From a virus (lineage: Duplodnaviria > Heunggongvirae > Uroviricota > Caudoviricetes), in the IMG/VR virus record IMGVR_UViG_2713896904_000009: a DNA stretch of 29,612 nt; one strand, 5' to 3'. The notes under the pieces are model-generated. The model did no database searches. It was not told where the DNA came from and worked only from the letters and a program-made list of their open reading frames with translations. The position numbers and the translations under genes were made by a program. Positions 16,710 through 26,124 of the stretch are shown here, piece after piece. Positions within the stretch are counted from its first letter, which is position 1, and each line of letters begins with the position of its first letter.

Positions 16710-18788
16710 TTACTGTTTTTTGACTTTAACCATGCCCCGCCAGTCAAGCGGTGCGACCCCGGCATCAATGCGCACTTTGAATGCGGCCCCGTCAACGGTA
16801 AAGCCGTGCTGCTGTTCCAGATACGGAGTATCGATACCGTCAAGATAGGCCACTTCAATTGTGTCACGCCCCTGTGCCGCCACCAGGTAATAATCGGTCG
16901 GGCTGCTGTCATCCAGACGGGCTTCTGACAGAACGGTGGCAAAGTTCTGGATCGGGTTAACAATGCCGCTGTTGGCATCTGCCCCCGGTACACTGGCAGA
17001 TTTAATTAACTGACTTGCCCGAGATTCAATGGCAACAGGTGTCAGCATAAAGGCCGGACGAATATTCAGGCGGCGGCTACCGGACTTTTGCAGCAACATG
17101 GCTTTACGCCCCGCATCCAGTCCTTCAATGGACAGATCCGCAGTCACCAGGTTGCCGTGATCGGCATGGAACAACGGTTTACCATCAGACATTTTCGGGT
17201 TGCTGGTCAGTACGGCCCAGACAAGATCGCCCACCGTGGTACGCGCTGCTGCTCCCATTGCCATCGGAATACGGGTCAGCATATCCAGGTCATCGTTAAT
17301 GATGGTCTGGCGATCAATGCTGAAGAGTTCGCCATACGTAGCCAGCGCAATGGGCTCACCGCGATCTTTAAGGGTTACATACTTATATTCAGCGCCCGGC
17401 TGAACCTGTCGCAGGGTCGGGAAAGCCTCCAGCCCCACACGGTGGGCAGTTTTAAAATCTGAGAGGGTGCCCTTGCGGGTCCACTGGTCAAACGTTTCAC
17501 TGGCGCTGTCCCAGCCCTGCAGTGCCGCTTTGTGAGCAACATCCATCAGGATATTGCCAAAGTCACTGCCACTGTGGGTGAATGCCAGCCCCACCATTGC
17601 CATCGGTGCGGCATGTCCGGAAATTCCGATGCCGCGATCCACCAGTGAGGCACGCGCCAGTTCGCGTAGCGTAAAGCCGTTATAGGCATTGTCTTTTTCG
17701 GCTTCGCTGTACCCTGCGCGAGCCATCACTGCTGCACGGATGGAATCACCCACCAGATTGCCGTTGCCTGCGTAAATGTGTGCTGCTCCCGGCCCGGCAC
17801 AGGGCGTGGTACCCGCCGCCAGCGCCTGCAGCAGTCGTTCACGGGCTTTTTCAGCCGAGCAGGTGAAATCGCTCAGGCATTCCGCTTTCAGCGAGGCAAA
17901 TGCCGGAAATGCGTCGAACACGGCAGAGACAGCGTTCACACGTTCCGCATTGGCAGCCTGCATCTGCTGCTGAAGCTGAGTGGCCAGCGCGGCAATATCT
18001 ACGGCGCCTGGCTGCTGCGTGTCCTGAGATACCTGTGGTGCCGGAGGCTGGCTGGCCTGCGGTGGGGTAACCTGAGTTTCCGCACGCGGAGCAAAAAGAG
18101 CATTAACCTGTTCTGGCATATTCTGATAATCCTTCAGTTTATTTTGGTTCACACAGGCCGCAGCCTGTAATTCGGGTTCGAGGGAGTCTGCAAAGCCCTT
18201 TTCCACAGCTTCAGCGCCGCTGAGCCAGGTTTCCGCTTTCAGCATGGCCTCCAGCTCCTCCTGCCCCAGTCCGGTTTTATTCATGTAGGCAGACAGCATC
18301 AGCGCCTCGTTGCGATCCAGCCAGTCGGCATAATCACGCATATCATCGGAATCACCGGCGATCCCGCCCCAGGGCTTATGCACCATAATCCAGGCGTTTT
18401 CAGGCATATGTACTGTGGCTCCGGGAAGGCAGACGATCATCGATGCCATACTGGCAGCGACACCATCCACCCAGATATCCACCTTCGCTTTCAGGCGTGA
18501 CAGCGTGTTAAAGATGGCAAAGCCCTGCATCACATCACCGCCCGGGCTGTGGATATGCAGATCAATGGCGCTGGCCTCAAACACCCCCGCATCTTTACAG
18601 TCAGTGATAAACTGCTGCGCGGTGATGCCCCATCCACCAATCACGTCATAGAGGAAAATTTCCACCCGTCCGGTTGCCTGTGCACGGATTTCGTACCAGC
18701 ACTGACCGTTTGCGGCATCGACACCTGCAAGGCTGGCGCGGGGATTAATCGTCATCCCGCGACAGGGCGGGCTTATCATTTGCTGCAT
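16710..18788 (-). CDS. prohead protease (ClpP/S49-like) - scaffold - major capsid fusion protein
   Basis: About 692 aa from ATG 18788 (RBS GGAG; MQQMISPP...). N-terminal ClpP-like region, Pro/Gln-rich linker (QVTPPQASQPPAPQVSQDTQQPG), helical scaffold-like segment, C-terminal capsid-like domain. Confidence 0.8.
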   Translation of the reverse strand: MQQMISPPCRGMTINPRASLAGVDAANGQCWYEIRAQATGRVEIFLYDVIGGWGITAQQFITDCKDAGVFEASAIDLHIHSPGGDVMQGFAIFNTLSRLKAKVDIWVDGVAASMASMIVCLPGATVHMPENAWIMVHKPWGGIAGDSDDMRDYADWLDRNEALMLSAYMNKTGLGQEELEAMLKAETWLSGAEAVEKGFADSLEPELQAAACVNQNKLKDYQNMPEQVNALFAPRAETQVTPPQASQPPAPQVSQDTQQPGAVDIAALATQLQQQMQAANAERVNAVSAVFDAFPAFASLKAECLSDFTCSAEKARERLLQALAAGTTPCAGPGAAHIYAGNGNLVGDSIRAAVMARAGYSEAEKDNAYNGFTLRELARASLVDRGIGISGHAAPMAMVGLAFTHSGSDFGNILMDVAHKAALQGWDSASETFDQWTRKGTLSDFKTAHRVGLEAFPTLRQVQPGAEYKYVTLKDRGEPIALATYGELFSIDRQTIINDDLDMLTRIPMAMGAAARTTVGDLVWAVLTSNPKMSDGKPLFHADHGNLVTADLSIEGLDAGRKAMLLQKSGSRRLNIRPAFMLTPVAIESRASQLIKSASVPGADANSGIVNPIQNFATVLSEARLDDSSPTDYYLVAAQGRDTIEVAYLDGIDTPYLEQQHGFTVDGAAFKVRIDAGVAPLDWRGMVKVKKQ

Positions 18789-20256
18789 CAGGGAGCACTC
18801 CTTTATCGTTGGCGGCGTCAGAATCGAACACCAGCCCGTTTTGTCGGTTAAATTCGGTTTCACGCATTCGCTGGCGTTTGACCTCCTGCGGTGACTGCCC
18901 TCTGGCACGGATCCACTCGGCTTCCGTTCCTGCTCCACCACGAAGAATGGCCCGCCATGCTGCAGCCTCTTTGACGGGATCAATCCACGGCATCACCGGA
19001 CCAAGATAGGTCGCGTTAAAGAGCGTGGTTTTGTCGATATCAGGCGGGATATCCATGTCAAGCAGCGCCATTGCCAGCCATGCGCGGTACACCGGACGGC
19101 TGAACTGCCCCACAAACCATTGCTGCAGGACGTTATAACCTTCGTAACTTTCCACCAGTTCCTGACGTTGTGCGCTGTAGGTGCCGTTGTAGTCACGGGC
19201 AATACTGGAATAGCTGCCGCGACTCCCGGCGGCAACCGCCCGCAGTTGCCCGTTACGAAACTCATGGAGGTGGACGTTCGGACGGTTTGACTCAACCATG
19301 CCCAGATCTTCCCCCGGCGCAAGGTCGTCAAAAATCATGCCTGGCGCAATATCAAAGTGGCGGTACTTTTGTCCTGAGGGTTTCCAGTCTTCATCCGCCG
19401 GAAAGCTGGCGGCATCACCACGCTTGATGTAGAAGCCCAGCGCGGCAGCAATGCGGGCAGCCACACGTTCGCTCTCTTCGTAGTCCTTAATGTCACCCAG
19501 ACGGCGGATCACCCCATGAAGCAGACTTATGCCACGTAACTGGTGAAGGCGTTTACGCTGGGCAAGGTGCAGCATGTTCTCTGCCGCAATGGTTTTCAGT
19601 TCAGCGCTGAAGCGCGTCATACTGGCCGGGTGATATTTGTAAACCCGGTAACCAACAGGACGCCCCCAGTCGTTAACGATAATGCCCTGGCGGATCTGCT
19701 GCCCCGATGTGCTGTTAAGACTGAACGGGACAAAATCAGCTTCCAGCAGTTCCAGTGAAAACGGCACTCGGGTTGCGTGCGTCAGTCCAGCAACCGGGCC
19801 CCGCACCAGCTGCGTGAACATCTCACCATCACGCAGTGCTGAACGCAGCGCCAGTCGCTCGGCTTCCGGACGGGTAAACACCCCCGTCACCTCCGGACGC
19901 ACCGACCATTCCGACCAGAGTGCAGATATCTGTGCTGCAAATTCTTCATGCAGCTTACCGTCCAGACTGAGCGGTTGCGGCTCCACCTGGATCCCCTGCG
20001 CACCAATAACACGTTCTTCCAGCTTATCCAGCAGACCAATCACTATGTCATGGTCTTCATCCAGTGCCCGTGCCTGCTCACGCAGAGATACGCCAGCCAC
20101 ACCCACCGCAGTATCTGCCGCCCGACTCTCACGTTTTGTTTTGTTCACTCTGGAGGGGTGCGCCGCCTCGTAGGCGCGAAGAAGCATTCTGTTTCTGGCG
20201 CGCGAAACAGCCCACCCTGGCGCAATCGCGCCAAGTGCCCTGTCAAAAATGCCCAT
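18745..20256 (-). CDS. portal protein (lambda gpB-like)
   Basis: 503-aa ORF directly downstream of the gpW-like and terminase genes; size and position typical of a lambda-family portal. Confidence 0.85.
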   Translation of the reverse strand: MGIFDRALGAIAPGWAVSRARNRMLLRAYEAAHPSRVNKTKRESRAADTAVGVAGVSLREQARALDEDHDIVIGLLDKLEERVIGAQGIQVEPQPLSLDGKLHEEFAAQISALWSEWSVRPEVTGVFTRPEAERLALRSALRDGEMFTQLVRGPVAGLTHATRVPFSLELLEADFVPFSLNSTSGQQIRQGIIVNDWGRPVGYRVYKYHPASMTRFSAELKTIAAENMLHLAQRKRLHQLRGISLLHGVIRRLGDIKDYEESERVAARIAAALGFYIKRGDAASFPADEDWKPSGQKYRHFDIAPGMIFDDLAPGEDLGMVESNRPNVHLHEFRNGQLRAVAAGSRGSYSSIARDYNGTYSAQRQELVESYEGYNVLQQWFVGQFSRPVYRAWLAMALLDMDIPPDIDKTTLFNATYLGPVMPWIDPVKEAAAWRAILRGGAGTEAEWIRARGQSPQEVKRQRMRETEFNRQNGLVFDSDAANDKGVLPDAANDKPALSRDDD

Positions 20257-20264
20257 GAATGACC

Positions 20265-20480
20265 TTACAGAAAGTTAGCGAGTTTGAAGTTGGTGCCGCG
20301 ACCGTTGACGGCCTGCCAGCGTTTTTCCCAGTATTCAAGCTCTTTACGAAGTGCGACGGGATCATGGTTGGTAATGGCGCGCCCATTCACGCCAGTAAAA
20401 GACACGCTTTTCCCGTCCAGAGAATCACGATACGCCTGGCGTACCGTGACCAGCATCTGCTGGATTTCAGATTTCGTCAT
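20265..20480 (-). CDS. head-tail joining protein (lambda gpW-like)
   Basis: 71-aa ORF between terminase large subunit and portal, the lambda gpW position; start overlaps the terminase stop. Confidence 0.6.
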   Translation of the reverse strand: MTKSEIQQMLVTVRQAYRDSLDGKSVSFTGVNGRAITNHDPVALRKELEYWEKRWQAVNGRGTNFKLANFL

Positions 20481-22594
20481 AGCCAGCCTCCGTTACCACT
20501 GACCCCCAGCCAGCCGCCAGACAGTGGGCTGGCCTGTTCGGTGACGGCAACCGGAGATGAACGAGCGGATATCGCTTTTTTCACTCCCCTCTCCCCGGGG
20601 CGTTCCCCGTCAATAATGTCCGGATTTGTGTCCTGAGATGCCGCCCAGGCAGGCGGCTGCTCCCAGTCTCGGATTTTTTCGTAACCACGCAGAATAGCGA
20701 CGGCATGGGCATAGCAGAACAGGTCGAATGCTTCGTTGTTCCCTTTACCTGGCTTGCGCCATTTTCCGTCGCTGCCCCGCTCCTCATAAGTCAGCTCCTC
20801 ATAAAACCACTCACCGAGCCAGTCGGGAAAATGGATATACCCGGCCCCCGGGGTTTCACGCTCCAGATTATTGCTGAGTTGATCTTTGAGCAGATCGGTC
20901 TGCAACAGATATACCGGTACTTCGCCGCGGGCATCAGCCCGGCGATCGCTTCGTCCGGTATTATCAGGGTGTGTTCGGGTGATCACTTTCTGGCGACGGG
21001 TACTGTCACCTTTTATCAGGTATACCCGTTTTCCCAGACCATCACGGCGGCATGTGCGCCAGAACTTATACGCATTATCCGTCACACCATCCTCACCCCC
21101 ACTGTCCACAGCCATAGCCAGCACGGGCATACGGCGGGAAGGATTTGACTGGAGAGGGTATGTTTTCTCCAGCACATCCGTGATCAGCAACTGCCAGTCC
21201 TCAGGGTAAGAGCCCGGATGAATCGTCAGTGCCTCGCCGTTTTCATCACAGCGCAGGGACTGACGAATGTTATAGCGATCCACCAGCCAGCGTTCGCCGT
21301 TCTCACCGTAACCGATAATCTGCACCACAAAACGACGTTTCTTCCCGCCCTGTACATCCACCGATGCCAGCAGAAAACGCACCTTCGGTGGTACCAGACG
21401 TTTACCGTAGTCCTCCGCCCGCTGCATCAGTACATCAGCCCTGCGCTGTTCGGTCGCCGCGCGTGGCAGATAAGGTAAGCCCCAGTCAGTGTTGATCACC
21501 GTTTTCAGTGTTTCTTCACTGCCTGTGGTTTCATAGTCCTGCTCTGCCGTCAGTAATTTGTAAACCAGCTGTGCCCAGGTCTGGTAAGCCGCGGCGGGAC
21601 CTTCCATCCAGAAGGACGCGATGCGGGAACGACGGGCATCACCCGATATATTCCCGGCTTTATCAATGCTCTGACCTTCCCTGAGCCAGACGCCACGTCC
21701 GTTAAGCTCCCGCTTTTTATCAGCTGTGATCACCCCGTTACAGTGCGGGCAGACGATATGTGCCGCTTCACTGGCTTTTACCGGATCGGCAATATCCCGG
21801 TAACCGGTCATCGCCTCCATAGCAGGCTGAAAGTACCCACCACAGTGCGGACAGGGCCAGTACCATCGACGGCGATCACCGCGATTATATAAAGCCAGAA
21901 TACCGGTAGTGGGTGGCGCTTCATGGGGTGATTTTCGTCGCCATTTGGTATTGGTGATTTCCCGCCCTGGCGAGCTCTCCACCAGGGTCATGCCCGCCGA
22001 CATAAATGTGGTGGTTCGTTTTGAGGCCAGCGAAAAACCATCGCCTTCCCCGTCGATATCCTCCGGAAAACGGTCGTAATCCGTCAGTGCAACGCATTTA
22101 AAATCCGAGGATGACATGATGTTGACGGAGGGCCAGCCAATCTTGAGGTAGTTTCCGGCAAGAAACGTGCGGTCATGAACGTTGTTATCGTTACGCGACG
22201 GACTCAGCCTGCATGCCACTTCCGGGCTGACGCGAAATGTTCTGGCCAGACGTTTTTTGGAGTGTTCACGCGCTTTTTCTTCCGTCATCTGGACGATAAG
22301 CATATCCGACGGGTCACACACCACGTTGTACACCACCCAGCCGTCAATCAGCCCAATTGTTTTACCTGTTCGGGCCGGACCAACAAAAATAACAGCATCA
22401 TACTCACGTGATGCCAGGCAGTTCATCGGCTCCACGACATAGGGGGCGAGTTGCGGATCCCATTCGACGGAGTTTCCGACGCCCACGGGAACCCGCATGT
22501 ACTTATGAACGGCCTCGGCAACAGGCATCCGACGCGGTGCCTTTATGATCCCGGCGGTATTCTTTCTGACTTCCGCCGCCGTGGCCTGTCGCAT
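20477..22594 (-). CDS. terminase large subunit (lambda GpA family)
   Basis: 705 aa; paired Cys motifs (WPCPHCGGYF ... VCPHCNG) characteristic of GpA-type terminases as I recall; follows the small-subunit gene. Confidence 0.9.
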   Translation of the reverse strand: MRQATAAEVRKNTAGIIKAPRRMPVAEAVHKYMRVPVGVGNSVEWDPQLAPYVVEPMNCLASREYDAVIFVGPARTGKTIGLIDGWVVYNVVCDPSDMLIVQMTEEKAREHSKKRLARTFRVSPEVACRLSPSRNDNNVHDRTFLAGNYLKIGWPSVNIMSSSDFKCVALTDYDRFPEDIDGEGDGFSLASKRTTTFMSAGMTLVESSPGREITNTKWRRKSPHEAPPTTGILALYNRGDRRRWYWPCPHCGGYFQPAMEAMTGYRDIADPVKASEAAHIVCPHCNGVITADKKRELNGRGVWLREGQSIDKAGNISGDARRSRIASFWMEGPAAAYQTWAQLVYKLLTAEQDYETTGSEETLKTVINTDWGLPYLPRAATEQRRADVLMQRAEDYGKRLVPPKVRFLLASVDVQGGKKRRFVVQIIGYGENGERWLVDRYNIRQSLRCDENGEALTIHPGSYPEDWQLLITDVLEKTYPLQSNPSRRMPVLAMAVDSGGEDGVTDNAYKFWRTCRRDGLGKRVYLIKGDSTRRQKVITRTHPDNTGRSDRRADARGEVPVYLLQTDLLKDQLSNNLERETPGAGYIHFPDWLGEWFYEELTYEERGSDGKWRKPGKGNNEAFDLFCYAHAVAILRGYEKIRDWEQPPAWAASQDTNPDIIDGERPGERGVKKAISARSSPVAVTEQASPLSGGWLGVSGNGGWL

Positions 22595-22597
22595 GGC

Positions 22598-23116
22598 TTA
22601 CTCCTCTTGTGACAAACTGTCCTCCTGTTCCGGCGACTCTGCCAGCTCAACCTTCATGGCAATCTGATCCCGCAGGTCATCTATGACTTTTTGCACCCTG
22701 ACGACGGCTGACGGTGTCATTGCACAGTCACGCTCGAGAATATCCGGTAGCGTTTCCAGTACCTGAACGACAGCTTTTGCCATTGAGGCAAACTCCCGGC
22801 TGACTTCTGAGGCCGGGATAAGCTCTCCGGTCTCCTGCTGAAACTTGAGGCGCTCCCGCTCAGACTGAAACCACGCCTTTCGATCCGGCGGTGTCATTTT
22901 GTCAACAGCAACCAGCTCCGGCGTCGTAGTCCTGCCCAGTAATTCCCTGAGAATATCCAGAACTGAATACAGCTTGAGGCGGGAGTTACTTCCGGGGGCA
23001 GGCTCAACATTGCTCAGTCTACTTGCGACGGTCTGACGATGCAGATTAGTCAGCGCCGCCAGCTGGTTAATATTGAGGCGAAGATTTTTCAGTTCGTTAT
23101 CCATGATGGTGAACAA
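22598..23116 (-). CDS. terminase small subunit (HTH DNA-binding)
   Basis: 172 aa; N-terminal HTH-like LNINQLAALTNLHRQTVASRL, acidic C-terminus; stop 3 nt before the large-subunit start. Confidence 0.7.
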   Translation of the reverse strand: MFTIMDNELKNLRLNINQLAALTNLHRQTVASRLSNVEPAPGSNSRLKLYSVLDILRELLGRTTTPELVAVDKMTPPDRKAWFQSERERLKFQQETGELIPASEVSREFASMAKAVVQVLETLPDILERDCAMTPSAVVRVQKVIDDLRDQIAMKVELAESPEQEDSLSQEE

Positions 23117-23283
23117 TATTTAAGCGAATCGACATCGTGAATAATTTCACAACTGAAATATCAACAGGTTAGATAAAAGATGATGATGCCGATAAAATGC
23201 AAAAAACCAGCCGTTTTCCGCGTGTCCACAGCCCCCCGGTGTTTCAAATCGCCAGGAGGACCCGCTAAAAATAACAAGTAAAA

Positions 23284-23300
23284 GGCCGCTCATTGCGGCC
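23284..23300 (-). terminator. terminator-like hairpin downstream of the lipoprotein gene
   Basis: Minus-strand GGCCGC-AATGA-GCGGCC followed by TTTT; weak U-tract. Confidence 0.35.
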
Positions 23301-23305
23301 ATTTA

Positions 23306-23668
23306 TCACTTTTTGTGCAGATATTGTTGAATAAGTTTTTCTTTTTTCTCCCGATAAGTAGCAGCTTCGGAAATAACCTGATCAGCCGTTTTTCCATTGA
23401 ACACTACCAGACTCATTTTCTTCGAAGAGTAACTTTTATCGTTGCTTAACTCTGCCTGAGTATCGTAGTACCCCAAAGTATCGACAATCGCCGTTTTCAA
23501 TTCGGCCTTCTTCTCTTCAGATAATGACTCAAAGACTTTTTCTGCTGAATATCGGAGCGATTCCTGGCTGGTACCATCAAATTTAGGTGCGTTGTCACAA
23601 CCACTCACTAATAGTGATATCACTAACAAAATTGAATTTTTTATATTCATATCGTTAACCTCATCCAT
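23306..23668 (-). CDS. putative lipoprotein (moron between lysis genes and terminase)
   Basis: 120-aa ORF (start may be the internal MNIKNS at 23650); signal peptide with lipobox LLVSGC; AT-rich. Confidence 0.6.
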   Translation of the reverse strand: MDEVNDMNIKNSILLVISLLVSGCDNAPKFDGTSQESLRYSAEKVFESLSEEKKAELKTAIVDTLGYYDTQAELSNDKSYSSKKMSLVVFNGKTADQVISEAATYREKKEKLIQQYLHKK

Positions 23669-23720
23669 AACTCATGGAAAAGTCTAACGAAAAAATAAAA
23701 TCAATACAGTATTGTTAATA

Positions 23721-23990
23721 CTATTTATATTGATCGGCGTTATTACGCAGCTGCTCAATTATTCGGATTTCTTTTTTGTCCTGATTGCACTGCCCTAATG
23801 CTGACAACAAATCAACACTCAGGTCGAGGCTTGCGCCATATGTGAGCGGTTTTGGTATTAGCGGTACAGGAGTTTCAGACGTCAGGCTGGGTGGCAGTGG
23901 TGTCACCGGAACGCTCACGTAAACTGTCCGCGTACTTCCGCAACCGGTCAGCAGCGGCAGCAGGCACAGGACGTGAAGCACAATCATCAT
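23721..23990 (-). CDS. o-spanin Rz1-like lipoprotein (overlapping Rz in another frame)
   Basis: Alternative-frame ORF starting MMIVLHVLCLLPLLTGC (lipobox), Pro-rich mature region; begins inside Rz and extends past its stop. Confidence 0.6.
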   Translation of the reverse strand: MMIVLHVLCLLPLLTGCGSTRTVYVSVPVTPLPPSLTSETPVPLIPKPLTYGASLDLSVDLLSALGQCNQDKKEIRIIEQLRNNADQYK

Positions 23991-24267
23991 CCGCAACAGC
24001 CATTTTGATATCTTCCTGGGTTCTCTGTGACTCCAGTGCGATCTGCTGTTTTGCATGCTGGTTAGCCTCCAGTACTGTATTGACGATTTGCAGTGATTGC
24101 AGGACGTTATTGGTAATGGCAGTTGCCGATTTGGCATTTTGTACAGCCTCATCAGCACGTCTCTTTTCGTGCTGATATTTGCTGTAGTAGTGGTTGGCTG
24201 ACCAGATGAAAGAACTGACGACAGTTAAAAGGAATGCAGCGATAACCAGCTTATAGCTCAACTTCAT
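23875..24267 (-). CDS. i-spanin Rz-like protein
   Basis: 130 aa with N-terminal TM helix (LVIAAFLLTVVSSFIWSANHYY) and coiled-coil periplasmic domain; directly downstream of the endolysin. Confidence 0.8.
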   Translation of the reverse strand: MKLSYKLVIAAFLLTVVSSFIWSANHYYSKYQHEKRRADEAVQNAKSATAITNNVLQSLQIVNTVLEANQHAKQQIALESQRTQEDIKMAVADDDCASRPVPAAAADRLRKYADSLRERSGDTTATQPDV

Positions 24268-24727
24268 TTACCACCCCACCAGCCTCTTTAAATCGGGCAA
24301 TCAGGTCACCGATTTTATGTTCATACTGACCGTAACCTGCACCGGGTAATGAAGCCCATATATTGCTGCAACGGTCGATTGCCTGACGAATATCGCCGCG
24401 ATCAATCATCGGCAAAGCGCCACGCTCTTTAATCTGTTGCAGTGCCACAGCGTCCTGGTTTTTTGGAGAGAAGTCTTTCAGGCCAAGCTGTTTACAGTAA
24501 GCATCCCACCAGCGTGAAAGAATCTGATAACGACCAGCTGCTGTTGATTTAAGTTTCGGGTTTAGTGTGACAAGTTTGCGAGGATGATCGGAGTAATCAG
24601 TGAATAGTTCGCCTCCAACAATAACGTCATAACCGTGGTTACATGTCGGTTGCCGTCCATTATCCGTTCCTTCTGACCATGCCACCATATCGAGGAAAGC
24701 TTTACGCTGGGAATTTAGTACCTGCAT
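24251..24727 (-). CDS. endolysin, lambda R-like lytic transglycosylase
   Basis: 158 aa; NQRKAFLDMVAWSEGTDNGRQ...HGYDVIVGGELFTDYSDHPRKLVTLNPKLKST...RYQ is near-identical to lambda R as I recall it. Confidence 0.95.
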   Translation of the reverse strand: MQVLNSQRKAFLDMVAWSEGTDNGRQPTCNHGYDVIVGGELFTDYSDHPRKLVTLNPKLKSTAAGRYQILSRWWDAYCKQLGLKDFSPKNQDAVALQQIKERGALPMIDRGDIRQAIDRCSNIWASLPGAGYGQYEHKIGDLIARFKEAGGVVNEVEL

Positions 24728-24730
24728 AAA

Positions 24731-25090
24731 TTACTCCTTAGAGCCACCAAACTTGTTACCGATTACTCTCATTGCAGCCCCACGAATTGCATCGACCCCG
24801 ATCAGCCCCACCCCACCACCAATGGCAACAGAAAGCGATTTAGGCCATCCGACATACTCAAGCGCGGATGCAAATGTCAGCGTCAGAGCGCCACAGAGCA
24901 AAATTTCGAGTGTTTTTCGTTTCCAGCCGCCACCACCACCAAAATAGGCAATACGCAAACCAGCCATAACAATCGACATAATCACTGCGCCCAGCGGCGT
25001 ATCTCCACGCCACCAGCTCTGGAACAACTCCAGCCAGTCCGGCCAGGTATTTGGGTTATGAGGCATTTCGTCATCTCTCACCTCGCACAT
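24731..25090 (-). CDS. holin, lambda S family (class I, three TM)
   Basis: 119-aa ORF upstream of the endolysin; LGAVIMSIVMAGLRIAYFGGGGG parallels lambda S [20 protein letters not shown]; two in-frame Met (M1, M9) could give a dual start. Confidence 0.75.
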   Translation of the reverse strand: MCEVRDDEMPHNPNTWPDWLELFQSWWRGDTPLGAVIMSIVMAGLRIAYFGGGGGWKRKTLEILLCGALTLTFASALEYVGWPKSLSVAIGGGVGLIGVDAIRGAAMRVIGNKFGGSKE

Positions 25091-25295
25091 ATCGCGGGTG
25101 CAAATTGAGGGAATAAAAAATCCCCGAATATTCCAGGAGCGGAAACGGGGAAAGGCGTCGCACTAAATGGACCTGTCAGCGGCCTTAAATAAAAAAAACC
25201 GGCACATACTAGGGTCAGATGAAGTGTCAGATTAAGCATCTGGCGATATAAATTCTCGTTTGATATCGTTACATCGCCAAAAGTAACAACTATCA

Positions 25296-25820
25296 ATGGA
25301 GAAATTAATGAAACTATTTATGGTTGATCGCCGAGGAATATACTCAACAGGCGATATCGTTACACCAAAGCAATTCTCCGATATAACTCCTGTTGAAATG
25401 TCATCTCTGGTAGACAAACTTTTTCCGCGCGGGCTTGCTCCACAAGGCGAAGGATACCTCATTAATAATGCGGCAAAAATTTATAATAAAAACGAACTCA
25501 TCGACTGGGGACTTGAGTTTTACCGAAGAGGAGTTTGCCCGCAAAAACCTTCTCGCTATACGTCACTCTTCGCCTGGGGTAACCTGGAGGAGGCTAAACA
25601 TTTTCGACTTACAGACGGAAAACCATCAGATAAAATTTTCATAATACAAACAGATAGTTATCATCGCGGAGATATGTCATTATTAAGAAATGATACATCG
25701 GTATTGGAATTCACCTACAGAATGGAGCTTTACTGGTCAGGAAAAACTTTTAACCCTGATCCAGTCTGGGAATACATTTGTCCGTTACCAGTAACTATCG
25801 GTGAACAAGTCCTTGCTTAA
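25296..25820 (+). CDS. hypothetical protein (antisense moron within the late region)
   Basis: 174-aa ORF; likely start is the second ATG at 25308 (GGAG 8 nt upstream). AT-rich; an imperfect inverted repeat TGGCGATAT...ATATCGCCA-like lies upstream. No motif recognised. Confidence 0.5.
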   Translation: MEKLMKLFMVDRRGIYSTGDIVTPKQFSDITPVEMSSLVDKLFPRGLAPQGEGYLINNAAKIYNKNELIDWGLEFYRRGVCPQKPSRYTSLFAWGNLEEAKHFRLTDGKPSDKIFIIQTDSYHRGDMSLLRNDTSVLEFTYRMELYWSGKTFNPDPVWEYICPLPVTIGEQVLA

Positions 25821-26074
25821 TCCCCTTCATCCCAATAAAGACCTTTCGCGGCACAATGAGGACGGTAAGGATAGCAATAACTTGCTCTGACGTTACCAAC
25901 CAGCGTGCCACTTTCTTTGAATGCCTTATCTCCGTTCTTGAGCTGTGATAAGGCATTTTCAAGCTCAGCTATAGCGACAGCCATGTCTTCGCTTTCTACA
26001 TACAGTGAAAAACCTTTAATGGGTGAACTCATGGTAAGTGGGATCATAGATATTTGATGATGGTGTGAATGCAT
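25817..26074 (-). CDS. hypothetical small protein (His-rich N-terminus), downstream of the DNA methyltransferase
   Basis: About 85 aa from ATG 26074 (strong SD GGGAGG 6 nt upstream; MHSHHHQISMIPL...); stop overlaps the stop of the convergent plus-strand gene. Confidence 0.45.
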   Translation of the reverse strand: MHSHHHQISMIPLTMSSPIKGFSLYVESEDMAVAIAELENALSQLKNGDKAFKESGTLVGNVRASYCYPYRPHCAAKGLYWDEGD

Positions 26075-26124
26075 AAATAGCCTCCCAGTGAAAAAATTAG
26101 CGAATAAAAGCTCTGACACCAGAA

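Noticed and set aside
17088-20258. ORFs overlapping the capsid and portal genes (17088-17462, 17778-18170, 18415-18851, 18993-19331, 19682-20173, 19948-20262)
   Set aside because: Nested in strongly supported head genes; biased compositions consistent with non-coding frames.
20581-22442. ORFs overlapping the terminase large-subunit gene (20705-21148, 20886-21209, 21218-21478, 22175-22442)
   Set aside because: Shadow ORFs within the terminase gene.
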